This document shows positions 29,248 to 38,906 of a DNA stretch of 64,000 bases, piece by piece. The notes beneath the pieces are model-generated. The model worked only from the letters and a program-made list of their open reading frames with translations. It was not told where the DNA came from and did no database searches. The stretch is taken from contig OY759353.1 in NCBI GenBank assembly GCA_963662315.1, forward strand, positions 1,344,001-1,408,000, written 5' to 3'. Position numbers and translations under genes: made by a program. The DNA is from Geopsychrobacteraceae bacterium (lineage in GTDB: Bacteria; Desulfobacterota; Desulfuromonadia; Desulfuromonadales; Geopsychrobacteraceae). Each line of letters begins with the position of its first letter. Position 1 is the stretch's first letter.

Positions 29248-30099
29248 TCATAACCCCATATTGCGACACTTAACGGTCATCTCAACAACGCGATGGCGAC
29301 AATGATCGTTCGTTACATCGCCATCAGCACCAGGAGAAATGCGCTGATTTGCCACCACATAAGTTGTATTTTCCTGATATGCATTATCTCGTGCCCGAGA
29401 CTGAGCTAACAGCCATATTTTTGCCGCAACAATATTATCAGGGCTAATCGGGGTTGCCAAAACAACACCAGCAGCAGCATCGGTAGTATCAATGACACCA
29501 TCAGCATTTGTATCGATGCTAGTATCAAGAAAATTGTCGTTATCTGTATCCACCGCCCAGACAGGGTTACCACCGTTCGTTACAATGTTTCCACTTGCGT
29601 TTGTGTATGAATATGCAAAACCAATAGCAACAATACTCTCCGCAAGTAACTGTCGACCACCTGCACCGACTTCCCGCGCAAGATCGACAATACCATCACG
29701 TTCAGCAGGTGTCATCGCTGGGAACTCAAACAAGCTATAGGAAACCGTTTCATTTGCATCCACGATACCATTACTGTTGAAATCAATTGTCATCTCAAGT
29801 GCTGGATTCCCATTAACATCTGCAACCCCGTTCAGATCACGCGAACGGATGCTTGTAATTGTAAAATTTCCAGTATGCAAAGGATCGAATCCGGCCATGC
29901 GCAAGTCATTAGTCAGAATATCAAGACTGAAGCGAGCATTCTGCTGTATTTCGACAATTTGTTCCTGCACTACGTAACTCGTTTGTTGAGATTGAAAAGC
30001 CGCATAAACCCCTGAAATAATAATTCCAGAAATGGCTAGAGCGATCATCATTTCAACAAGAGAAAACCCTTTGTTCGACGTCTTTAGCAATTTAATCAA
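29248..30099 (-). CDS. pilW: Minor pilin PilW
   Basis: KG/FSLVEMMIALAI, QQNAR, DLRMAG, C-terminal RN; probable TTG start at 30099 after GGAGG. Confidence 0.88.
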   Translation of the reverse strand: MIKLLKTSNKGFSLVEMMIALAISGIIISGVYAAFQSQQTSYVVQEQIVEIQQNARFSLDILTNDLRMAGFDPLHTGNFTITSIRSRDLNGVADVNGNPALEMTIDFNSNGIVDANETVSYSLFEFPAMTPAERDGIVDLAREVGAGGRQLLAESIVAIGFAYSYTNASGNIVTNGGNPVWAVDTDNDNFLDTSIDTNADGVIDTTDAAAGVVLATPISPDNIVAAKIWLLAQSRARDNAYQENTTYVVANQRISPGADGDVTNDHCRHRVVEMTVKCRNMGL

Positions 30100-30631
30100 T
30101 TCGTAACCCTCCAGTAGGAGAAACGAGCACCTCAACCGTAGTGTTTTTATTATTAATAAGGTATACCCGTTCAAATGCGGCTCCGAAATCCGGGCGGCCA
30201 TTCGGCTGAAAAACTATAGTGGGATTCCCAGAAAGGTTATCCGTAAAATCAATACCGTCCCCATCAACATCTTTAGTCGTGTCAAAGATAACCGAACCGG
30301 GTAACGGGGCTCCCAATTGGATAATAGCTTCCCCGGCATCGTAATTATGAGCAGTGGCACCGCTATCTTCATAAATGACATAAGGTTGAGCAACACCATT
30401 CACCACTTCCCCAAAACTCATAGCAACATTGACATGCCGTTTGATCGCTTCACTTTTTGTCCGCACCAAGTCACTATAAATATCGCGTGCAGCTGCACGC
30501 AAACGATAACGGGCCGCCCAATCGACAATATTCGGGGTCGCAATTGCCGACAAAACTCCTAAAATTGCTATAACGACAATCACCTCAATCAAGGTAAACC
30601 CACGCTGATTTTGTGTGTATCTTATTTTCAT
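30092..30631 (-). CDS. fimU: Minor pilin FimU/FimT (GspH-like)
   Basis: RG/FTLIEV, RTKSEAIKR, IVFQPNG, VSPTGGLR. Confidence 0.85.
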   Translation of the reverse strand: MKIRYTQNQRGFTLIEVIVVIAILGVLSAIATPNIVDWAARYRLRAAARDIYSDLVRTKSEAIKRHVNVAMSFGEVVNGVAQPYVIYEDSGATAHNYDAGEAIIQLGAPLPGSVIFDTTKDVDGDGIDFTDNLSGNPTIVFQPNGRPDFGAAFERVYLINNKNTTVEVLVSPTGGLRID

Positions 30632-30760
30632 ACATTCCCCTTTAACATTTTTCGTGCCAATTGGAATTGACCATCGACGAATCGTATCCCTGCGAGATAT
30701 TAACCATAATATCTGATAAAAATCTGCCGCTGTGCAATTTGTGCATACCGATTCTGCAGA

Positions 30761-32272
30761 TCATGCACGATTGGCAGACAATCGGAATAAAATTTTAAAA
30801 ATTGTTCCACCTGATTCCGGACAAATCAAAACTATTCGCCCTCCAAAATCTTCAACGATTCTTTGGCAAACAGAAAGTCCCAGGCCGGTTCCCTGCCCAG
30901 GGGGCTTTGTGGTAAAAAACGGATCAAATATTTTCGCCCGTAAATGCTCAGGAATACCACAACCGTTGTCTTGGATTATACACCACAGCGACTCATCATC
31001 ATGTCCACAAGAAACCCGAATACACCCGGCGGACCGGCAAGCCTGAGCAGCGTTAAGAAGAAGATTAATAAAAACCTGACGTATTTTATCGGGGTTACCC
31101 GTGATGGCTGGAAGACCTGTGATATCAGACATATCAACATCAAGAGTCCCAAATACCCCCTGATGTGCCAAAAGATTCACACAGTATCGCATTTCAGTAT
31201 GTAGAAAGACATCTTTCACATCAGCGCTCTGGGTTGGCCTGGAGAATTCCAACATTTCACGCACCAGCACATCGATGCGTGCGGATTCGTTAAGACAACG
31301 TTGCAACAGATCAAGATCTGAAGGACTCGCCTGACCTTTCAACAATTCAAGGTAACCGATAAGTGCTGCCAGAGGGTTGCCAATCTCATGGGCAACCCCT
31401 GCGGCTAATTGTCCAACAGAAGCAAGCTTTTCACTATGAATCAATTCGTTCCTGATCTGTTGCAATTTCAGGTTTGTATTTTCCAAGGAATGTACATAGT
31501 TAGCTGTCTCAGACTGGCTCTGCCGTAAGGCCGCGATCATTTGATTATAATTTGCAGCCAGGTCAGCAATTTCAGTGGGGCCAGTAACGGGAACAATCGT
31601 GTCCAGATGACCTTCACCTGTTTTTTTAATCGCAGCTAGCAGCATCCTGGCCGGATTAATTATGTTGCGCTTTAGTAACCAAAAGCCAGCCCAACTGACC
31701 ACGCCACCATAAAGAATAATGTAAATCAACATCACCTGCTGAAAATACAGTACCCGCGAACGAATACCGGCCAGGGAAAACTGCAGTTCAATGATACCGG
31801 CAGGTGCTGATTTTCCGGTGACAGGAAGGACTAGAGTCATGGCAGCGTTATCGTTCCAATACAGTGACAACAGCGGCGGGAAAACAACATCCCTATAAAC
31901 ATTTCTTGAAATATTAACCTGTTGCAGATATTTAGACATCTTGACTTCAGGTCCACGCTCCACTTGTTGAAAACTGTCTATTAAGCCAAGTTCATTATTG
32001 AATAACCACCAGCCTTCGCACGAAAAACGTGTAAACATCGGCTTGAGTAAATCTGCAAAGCGAGCATCATTGTTATTTCGATAAGAATCGACCAGCACTT
32101 CACTGGCAAATTCAATGTTCTGAATACGCTGTTCAAGAAGAGCATCGGTCAACATATGCAGCCCCAATAATCCCCCTAGAAAAAGAGCCGCCCCAAGCAA
32201 AATGGATAGCGTCACAAGAATTTCTGTTTTCAAACCATGACCACGGGTTACCATTTGACTCACACTTTCCAC
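30761..32272 (-). CDS. HAMP-domain sensor histidine kinase
   Basis: 2 TMs, HAMP, AHEIGNPL, FDPFFTTK, GTGLGL; start may be ATG 32254. Confidence 0.92.
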   Translation of the reverse strand: MESVSQMVTRGHGLKTEILVTLSILLGAALFLGGLLGLHMLTDALLEQRIQNIEFASEVLVDSYRNNNDARFADLLKPMFTRFSCEGWWLFNNELGLIDSFQQVERGPEVKMSKYLQQVNISRNVYRDVVFPPLLSLYWNDNAAMTLVLPVTGKSAPAGIIELQFSLAGIRSRVLYFQQVMLIYIILYGGVVSWAGFWLLKRNIINPARMLLAAIKKTGEGHLDTIVPVTGPTEIADLAANYNQMIAALRQSQSETANYVHSLENTNLKLQQIRNELIHSEKLASVGQLAAGVAHEIGNPLAALIGYLELLKGQASPSDLDLLQRCLNESARIDVLVREMLEFSRPTQSADVKDVFLHTEMRYCVNLLAHQGVFGTLDVDMSDITGLPAITGNPDKIRQVFINLLLNAAQACRSAGCIRVSCGHDDESLWCIIQDNGCGIPEHLRAKIFDPFFTTKPPGQGTGLGLSVCQRIVEDFGGRIVLICPESGGTIFKILFRLSANRA

Positions 32273-32427
32273 TTAAGAAATTTGTTATTGTTTTTTCTTA
32301 ATAACACACTCACAAAAAAATGAGAATTGAAGGTTTGTCAAATGAGGCCAAAATATTGGATAATCAGACATTGAAACTTGTCAGTGCTATGTCGATACAA
32401 TTATTTTACTGAAAGGATTTAACCCCC

Positions 32428-32619
32428 ATGACGAGAATTCCAAGCCTTGATGGCGATACCTGCATAGGATGCGAAACCTGCACCCGTATTTGTCCCAATG
32501 TTTTCCAGATGATTTCTGAGCATAAAGCCGGAATCTACAACCCGACCGGCGACAGTGAAGAAAAAATTGAAGAGGCGATGGATAATTGTCCGGTTGCCTG
32601 CATCACTTGGGATGACTAG
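32428..32619 (+). CDS. Single-cluster ferredoxin
   Basis: CIGCETC...CPVACI; AAGGA RBS. Confidence 0.92.
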   Translation: MTRIPSLDGDTCIGCETCTRICPNVFQMISEHKAGIYNPTGDSEEKIEEAMDNCPVACITWDD

Positions 32620-32627
32620 ATACTTAA

Positions 32628-33155
32628 ATGTTTCACCGTATCCTGTTGTTTTTGACATTTATGTGTCTGTTACAAGGCTGTCAACCCAAGATTCCTGACA
32701 ATTCCGGTGATTTTAACGGACATGAGCAGTTATACATTGATGCCAGGCATGGGTTTACTTTAAACCTTCCTCAAGCCTGGGAACGAATGACCATTCCCGT
32801 GTCAGACTCGAGTTTCCGGCAGGACACGGTCGTTTGGAAACTTGAATCAGGCATGAAGCAGGCGACACTGCTTAAAGTACTATCTGTCCAACGAACACAG
32901 TTTGCCACTTTACAGAAATTTTGCCAGTACAGTCATGAAGTAATGCACCAGAACGAGAATGTTTCTGCGCACAGAAGCGAGGGAAACAACTTATCTGGAC
33001 ACCGGTACTATGATGGTAAAGAAATATTATATTTCAATTTGGCACATAAGCATCGCTACTTCTACGTGTCCCTGATCAGCTCGCAGCCAATAACTGAACA
33101 GATGAAAAAATCGTTTACTGCCGTGGTTGAAAGCCTGCAGGAAATAGCACCTTAA
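32628..33155 (+). CDS. Putative lipoprotein
   Basis: Hydrophobic signal with LQGC lipobox. Confidence 0.65.
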   Translation: MFHRILLFLTFMCLLQGCQPKIPDNSGDFNGHEQLYIDARHGFTLNLPQAWERMTIPVSDSSFRQDTVVWKLESGMKQATLLKVLSVQRTQFATLQKFCQYSHEVMHQNENVSAHRSEGNNLSGHRYYDGKEILYFNLAHKHRYFYVSLISSQPITEQMKKSFTAVVESLQEIAP

Positions 33156-33174
33156 CCTTTAGAGGTACACCTAT

Positions 33175-33747
33175 ATGGGGCACTGTTTTTCTCCCGTAAA
33201 AATCATCCGTAAATATTATGCAGAAGCTCCCGATGCTTATGAAATACTTATTGATCACAGCAGACTTGTCTGTCGGCGGGCGCTGAAAATTGCCAGAAAA
33301 CTTAATGATCAGGGAATTGAGCTTGACCTTCAGTTTATTGCAGAAGCTGCTATGCTACACGATATCGGCATGATTAAAACTGCTACCCCAGGCCTTGGCT
33401 GCTATGGCAAGGGGCCATACATACAGCATGGCGTAAGAGGCAAAACCATATTGGAACAAGAAGGGTTACCTCGCCACGCAAGAGTCTGCGAAAGGCATAT
33501 TGGCGTTGGATTGACCAGCGATGCAATTATTTCACAAAATCTCCCCCTGCCGGTGAGAGATATGCGACCTGAAACCCTTGAAGAGAAAATCATCTGCTAT
33601 GCAGATCTTTTCTATTCAAAGGGCCTTAAAAATCGCGGAAAAGAAAAATCAATTCGCACGGTGCGTAAGAAAATTACAGAATTTGGGGCAGAAAACGTTA
33701 AAATATTTGATGCCTGGGTACAACAATTCGAACCGTCAGAAGAGTAG
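33175..33747 (+). CDS. HD-domain (HDIG) phosphohydrolase
   Basis: LHDIG, HIGVG, EKIICYAD. Confidence 0.9.
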   Translation: MGHCFSPVKIIRKYYAEAPDAYEILIDHSRLVCRRALKIARKLNDQGIELDLQFIAEAAMLHDIGMIKTATPGLGCYGKGPYIQHGVRGKTILEQEGLPRHARVCERHIGVGLTSDAIISQNLPLPVRDMRPETLEEKIICYADLFYSKGLKNRGKEKSIRTVRKKITEFGAENVKIFDAWVQQFEPSEE

Positions 33748-33748
33748 T

Positions 33749-34360
33749 ATGGACCAATGGCTAACAGATTTAATTGCCCACCTGCCGTCAGGGAATATCT
33801 ATCTTTGCTTTATTTTCATTATTGCCTTACTTGAATCATTACCAGCTATAGGTCTCTTAATTCCCGGAAGTACACTGATTGTTGCCGCAGGATTCCTGGT
33901 TAGTCATCAACATGGTTCATTAATAAATATAATGATCTCTTCTCTTGTTGGAGCCTATATTGGTGACCTGTTGAGCTTTGAACTAGGCCGCAAATACGGG
34001 TCGACGCTCTTAAAAATTCAGCTGTTGCAACGAAATCGCCCCATGATCAGACAAGCAGAAATCTTTTTCATGAATCACGGCGGAAAAAGTTTATTTTTTG
34101 CTCGTTTTCTTGGCCCAATCCGCGGAATAACACCCTTTATTGCCGGATTGTCCGAAATGCCCCGGAAAAATTTTAACGTCTATGCACCGATAAGTGCAAT
34201 TCTGTGGGGAATCAGCTACCCTGGAATCGGTTTTATTGGCGGAGCAAGTTGGCAAAAGGCTGAAGGCTTGGCCTACAAATTCGGGCTGTCCATACTTGTA
34301 GCCCTGATTGTCACAATCGCTCATTACGCTATTAAAAATAAACTTGGTGAAAAAAAATAA
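33749..34360 (+). CDS. DedA-family membrane protein
   Basis: LES...GLLIPG, GD...ELGR, FFARFLGPIR; ATG 33749. Confidence 0.9.
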   Translation: MDQWLTDLIAHLPSGNIYLCFIFIIALLESLPAIGLLIPGSTLIVAAGFLVSHQHGSLINIMISSLVGAYIGDLLSFELGRKYGSTLLKIQLLQRNRPMIRQAEIFFMNHGGKSLFFARFLGPIRGITPFIAGLSEMPRKNFNVYAPISAILWGISYPGIGFIGGASWQKAEGLAYKFGLSILVALIVTIAHYAIKNKLGEKK

Positions 34361-34447
34361 TAGGAAATCAGCAAATCCTGCCTACCCCTATAGCGCAGAC
34401 AAAAAGGACGAGGACTCACCTAGGTGAAGGCGTCTCCGACAAAAGCA

Positions 34448-35817
34448 GATAACGTAAAATATTTTTCGCTTTTTTAAAAAGACACGGCAGTGTCCTAAAT
34501 GTTTAGAATTGTATCGCCAAACACAAACTCTAGTCCAAAGGAGAACACTGCCGTGGAAAATGATTGTACACCAAAGCAAGATAAGATCATTCAACTGAAT
34601 GAAGCTGCTGTCAAAAATCATTTGGGTCAAATCGTACGTAGTACCGTCGAGCAGACGTTGAATGACATGTTGGATGCAGAAGCCGATCGCTTATGCAATG
34701 CTGAGAAATACCAACGAAATGAGGCACGTACTGATACCAGGGCCGGGCATTATCAAAGGAAACTTCAAACGACGGCTGGTGAAGTCAATTTAAAGGTCCC
34801 TAAATTGAGGCAACAGACCTTTGAGACAGCGATCATTGAACGCTACAAACGTCGGGAAGCATCCGTTGAAGAAGCTTTGATCGAAATGTATTTAGCTGGT
34901 GTATCGGTTCGACGTGTCGAGGATATTACCGAAGCATTGTGGGGCACGAAAGTCAGTCCCGGAACGATCAGCAATCTGAATAAAAAAGTCTACACAAAGA
35001 TCGAGCAATGGCGGAAGCAGCCCATTGGGGACGAATTTCCTTATGTTTATCTGGATGGTATCGTTCTAAAACGTTCCTGGGCCGGAGAAGTCAGCAACGT
35101 TTCTGTCCTGGTTGCGATCGGCGTTAACAGTGATGGCTATCGCAAGATTCTCGGTGTTGCTGAGGGACACAAAGAAGACAAGGCGGGTTGGTCTGGATTC
35201 CTGCGGCATTTGAAGGAGCGCGGCTTGCGCGGTGTTCGCCTGTTTATAACCGATGCCTGTATGGGGCTGGTAGAGTCATTGGCCGAATACTATCCGGAGA
35301 CCAAATGGCAACGTTGTATGGTCCATTTTTACCGGAATGTGTTCAATACTGTTCCAAGAAGACGGGTTAAAGACGTCGCGGCCATGCTGAAAGCGATCCA
35401 TGCATCTGAAGACAAAGCTGCAGCCAAGGAAAAAGCTGAGCAGATCATTGAAAAGCTTGAAGCCTTACGTTTGAAAGAGGCCGCTCAGAAAGTTCGGGAG
35501 TCGATAGATGAAACTCTGACTTACTATAAATTTCCAAGGAGTCATCATAGTCGGATTCGCACCAACAATGCTCTTGAGCGTATTATGAAGGAAATCAGGC
35601 GCCGAACTAAGGTTGTCGGCGCATTCCCCGATGGTCATTCGGCATTAATGCTGTGTGCCGCAAGATTACGACATATTGCTGGAACAAAATGGGGGCAGAA
35701 GAAATATCTGAACATGGACTTACTCAGGGAACAGGATTTTGAGCAAATGATGGAGGCGGATGCAGGCTAACTAAAATCGGGCGCTGCCGAAAAAAGCGAA
35801 AGATTCTTTACACTACC
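34448..35817 (+). mobile_element. IS256-family insertion sequence (1370 bp)
   Basis: 28-bp terminal IRs at 34448-34475 and 35790-35817 (22/28 match); 8-bp direct repeat CAAAAGCA at 34440-34447 and 35818-35825. Confidence 0.93.
34553..35770 (+). CDS. IS256-family DDE transposase
   Basis: MYLAGVSVRRV, YVYLDG, QRCMVHF, RTNNALER; probable GTG start at 34553 after AAGGAG (ORF open from 34499). Confidence 0.95.
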   Translation: MENDCTPKQDKIIQLNEAAVKNHLGQIVRSTVEQTLNDMLDAEADRLCNAEKYQRNEARTDTRAGHYQRKLQTTAGEVNLKVPKLRQQTFETAIIERYKRREASVEEALIEMYLAGVSVRRVEDITEALWGTKVSPGTISNLNKKVYTKIEQWRKQPIGDEFPYVYLDGIVLKRSWAGEVSNVSVLVAIGVNSDGYRKILGVAEGHKEDKAGWSGFLRHLKERGLRGVRLFITDACMGLVESLAEYYPETKWQRCMVHFYRNVFNTVPRRRVKDVAAMLKAIHASEDKAAAKEKAEQIIEKLEALRLKEAAQKVRESIDETLTYYKFPRSHHSRIRTNNALERIMKEIRRRTKVVGAFPDGHSALMLCAARLRHIAGTKWGQKKYLNMDLLREQDFEQMMEADAG

Positions 35818-35862
35818 CAAAAGCAGCCCGTGTGACGCGACCCAGTCTGAACGGACAAAATC

Positions 35863-35896
35863 AAAAAAAATCGGGCTACAGCAATGACTGTAGCCC
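35863..35896 (-). terminator. Intrinsic terminator after acnB
   Basis: GGGCTACAG-caatga-CTGTAGCCC with A8 on + strand. Confidence 0.8.
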
Positions 35897-35928
35897 ATAA
35901 CGTTCATTCAACTGTAAAAAGAAAGCTA

Positions 35929-38460
35929 TTATTTATAGCCGTCCATCTCATCAAACTGCAGATAACGGTAGATTTCATCCTTCTTCGGCGAAATTTTCTC
36001 TTTGTAAACGGCCAAGTATTCAGCTGGAGTTGGCAGTTTACCAGTATTAGCGACCACAGCACCAAGCTCAGCAGAACCAAGGAACACCTTTGCACCGTCA
36101 CCGATACGGTTATCAAAGTTACGGGTGCTGGTTGAGTAGGCATTCACATCATTCGGAACACGGGCCTGGTTGCCCATGCACAGGGAGCAACCGGCTATCT
36201 CGATGCGGGCACCTTTTGCACCGAAGACAGAGAAGACTGCCTCGGATTTCAGCTGGTCCTGATCCATCCTGGTTGGCGGGCAAACCCAGGCACGAACGGC
36301 CGGAGTAAATTTCTCACCACGCCAGATTTCCGCAGCAGCACGGAAGTGCCCGATATTGGTCATACAAGAACCGAGGAAGACATCCTGAATCTCAGTTCCA
36401 GCCACTTCAGAAAGCAACTTGACATCATCAGGGTCATTCGGACAAGCCAGAATCGGCTCGGTAATTTCAGCCAGATCGATTTCGATAACCGCAGCATATT
36501 CAGCATTGCTGTCAGCCTTAAGAAGCTCAGGCTTAGCCAGCCATGCTTTAACATCGTCAATGCGCTTACGCAAAGTGTCAGCGTACTCATAGCCGTCGGC
36601 AATCATCTTTTCCATCAACGCTACATTGGAACGCAGATAGGTGCAGATGGTTTCTTCAGACAGATCGATACAGGCAGCAGCAGCGGATCTTTCCGCAGCG
36701 GCATCAGTCAGCTCAAAAGCCTGCTCAACAGAGAGGTTGGGCAACCCTTCCATTTCCAGAATACGACCGTTGAAAATATTGATCTTGTTCTTTTTCGGAA
36801 CGGTCAGCAGGCCCTGCTTAATGGCCCAGTAAGGAATGGCATTAACCACATCACGCAGGGTAATCCCTTCGTTCAACTCACCTTTGAAACGAACCAGAAC
36901 TGATTCAGGCATATCGAGCGGCATGAAACCGAGAGCACCGGCAAAAGCGACCAATCCAGACCCAGCTGGGAAACTGATCCCGATAGGGAAACGGGTATGT
37001 GAATCACCACCAGTACCGACAGTGTCGGGGATCAACAGGCGGTTCAGCCAACTGTGAATAACACCATCCCCTGGACGCAGCGCAACACCTTCACGCTCAG
37101 CGACAAACTGAGGGAGAGCCTTGTGCATTTTTACGTCAGCAGGTTTGGGATACGCAGCCGTGTGACAGAAAGACTGCATAAACATAGGAGACTGGAATTT
37201 CAAACAAGCCAGCTCTTTAAGTTCATCAGCAGTCATAGGGCCTGTTGTGTCCTGTGAACCAACGGTCGTCATCTTAGGCTCACATGCAGTTCCAGGCAGA
37301 ATGCCGGTAACACCACAGGCACGACCAACCATCTTCTGGCCAAGACTGTAGCCTTGCCCTTCTTTAGCGATTGGATTCTCTGGAATAGCAAAGAAATCTG
37401 CGTCGGGAAGACCGAGAGCCTGGCGGGCACGAGTCGTTACCGCACGACCAATAATCAAAGGAATACGTCCACCGGCACGATATTCATCAGGAACAGTATT
37501 CGGCTTGATCTCAAATGTAGAGAGAACCTCACCGGCCTCATTCTTGACTTCGCCTTTAACGGTATCGATAGTGATAATATCGCCCATGTTCAACGAGGTA
37601 ACGTCCATGCGCAAAGGCAAAGCACCGGAGTCCTGAGCGGTATTAAAGAAAATCGGAGCGATAACACCACCAATAATAACCCCTCCACGACGCTTATTAG
37701 GAACATATGAGATATCTTCGCCTATATGCCACAACACGCTATTACATGCAGACTTGCGCGAAGATCCGGTGCCAACGACATCACCGACAAAAGCAACCTG
37801 ATGACCTTCAGCACGCCATTTAGCAATATCGTCAATGCCACCGGGGAAACGAGTCTTACCCATGGCAAGAGCATGCAGTGGAATGTCGGGACGACTCCAG
37901 GCGTCTCCGGCTGGTGAAAAATCATCCGTATTTATTTCTCCCTCAACTTTAAAAACCTTGACGGTGATTGTCTCAGGAATATCTGACTTACTGGTAAACC
38001 ATTCAGCAGCGGCCCAGCTTTCAACAACTTTTTTTGCAGCGACATTCGTTGCTGACTTAGCAATGACCTGGTCGGCAGCATCGTACACGTAAGTAAGACC
38101 AGACAAAGCACATGCAGCGGCATCTGCCAATTCAGGTTTGTCAAGAGCATCAATCAATGGCTGAACATTATAGCCACCTATCATGGTACCAAGTATTTCG
38201 ACAGCCTTAACGGCATCAATCAGGGGGGATTGTTTACTACCGCTGATAATATCAGCAAGAAAACCTGCTTTTACTTCAGCAGCGGGGTCAACCCCCGGAG
38301 AGATTCTTTGGGTCAGCAGATTAAGAAGAAAATCTTCTTGTCCCGCTGGTGGATTAATAAACAGATCGCAAAGTTGTTTAGTTTGCTCAGGGCTGAGTGG
38401 CAGCGCTGGGATACCTTGCTCTTTGCGTGCATCTTCTTGCCGCAAATAAATGTCAATCAT
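35929..38460 (-). CDS. acnB: Aconitate hydratase B
   Basis: GTMIGGYN, SQDTTGPM, GDSHTRFPIG, GSCMTNIGH, CSLCMGNQAR; ATG 38460 after GGAGG. Confidence 0.97.
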   Translation of the reverse strand: MIDIYLRQEDARKEQGIPALPLSPEQTKQLCDLFINPPAGQEDFLLNLLTQRISPGVDPAAEVKAGFLADIISGSKQSPLIDAVKAVEILGTMIGGYNVQPLIDALDKPELADAAACALSGLTYVYDAADQVIAKSATNVAAKKVVESWAAAEWFTSKSDIPETITVKVFKVEGEINTDDFSPAGDAWSRPDIPLHALAMGKTRFPGGIDDIAKWRAEGHQVAFVGDVVGTGSSRKSACNSVLWHIGEDISYVPNKRRGGVIIGGVIAPIFFNTAQDSGALPLRMDVTSLNMGDIITIDTVKGEVKNEAGEVLSTFEIKPNTVPDEYRAGGRIPLIIGRAVTTRARQALGLPDADFFAIPENPIAKEGQGYSLGQKMVGRACGVTGILPGTACEPKMTTVGSQDTTGPMTADELKELACLKFQSPMFMQSFCHTAAYPKPADVKMHKALPQFVAEREGVALRPGDGVIHSWLNRLLIPDTVGTGGDSHTRFPIGISFPAGSGLVAFAGALGFMPLDMPESVLVRFKGELNEGITLRDVVNAIPYWAIKQGLLTVPKKNKINIFNGRILEMEGLPNLSVEQAFELTDAAAERSAAAACIDLSEETICTYLRSNVALMEKMIADGYEYADTLRKRIDDVKAWLAKPELLKADSNAEYAAVIEIDLAEITEPILACPNDPDDVKLLSEVAGTEIQDVFLGSCMTNIGHFRAAAEIWRGEKFTPAVRAWVCPPTRMDQDQLKSEAVFSVFGAKGARIEIAGCSLCMGNQARVPNDVNAYSTSTRNFDNRIGDGAKVFLGSAELGAVVANTGKLPTPAEYLAVYKEKISPKKDEIYRYLQFDEMDGYK

Positions 38461-38536
38461 GAACTCCTCCATCACACGTATTAAAACAGGTTAACTCTCC
38501 AGACATGAATAAATGACGTTTTACTGTTTAAAAAAT

Positions 38537-38571
38537 TGCATACAGTATACAATTTTTTAAACCTCTGTCAA
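38537..38571 (-). promoter_or_regulatory. acnB promoter with palindromic operator
   Basis: TTGACA at 38571-38566; TGCATACAGTATACA at 38537-38551 overlaps the -10 region. Confidence 0.65.
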
Positions 38572-38845
38572 TCATCAGAACAATAATTTGTAGCACCTTT
38601 TAGCTGGATTCCATCCCTCCTGTCAACAAACAGAAATTGCTACCGGTCGCATACATCAACTGTTAAGTCGAAATAGTAAATAAAGAGGTATTCACAAAAA
38701 CCACGACGCAAGAATGACATAATCTGTCACATTGAAGTGCAAGATTAGACACATCAAGTAAACTTTTCCCCGGAGCATGAAATGTTTGAAATTTTATTTC
38801 TGATTAGTATTGTCCTGATTTGCCGTAGTCAGTTTCTGCCTTCAG

Positions 38846-38898
38846 AAAAAAAAGCGCGCCCTGCAGTGATGACAACAAACAATCACTGCAGGGCGCGC
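38846..38898 (-). terminator. Intrinsic terminator after the FKBP gene
   Basis: 17-bp perfect stem GCGCGCCCTGCAGTGAT/ATCACTGCAGGGCGCGC with A8 on + strand. Confidence 0.85.
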
Positions 38899-38906
38899 CA
38901 GAAGAA

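Noticed and set aside
34486..34506. GGCAGTGTCC... as left IR of the IS
   Set aside because: Only 14/21 match and no target duplication; the end at 34448 gives 22/28 plus an 8-bp duplication
34396..35849. SRP RNA or c-di-GMP riboswitch split by the IS
   Set aside because: AAGCAGCC resembles SRP RNA, but the CAGG-N-GAAGG core and the GEMM GGCAAAC/GACGCAAAG layout are absent
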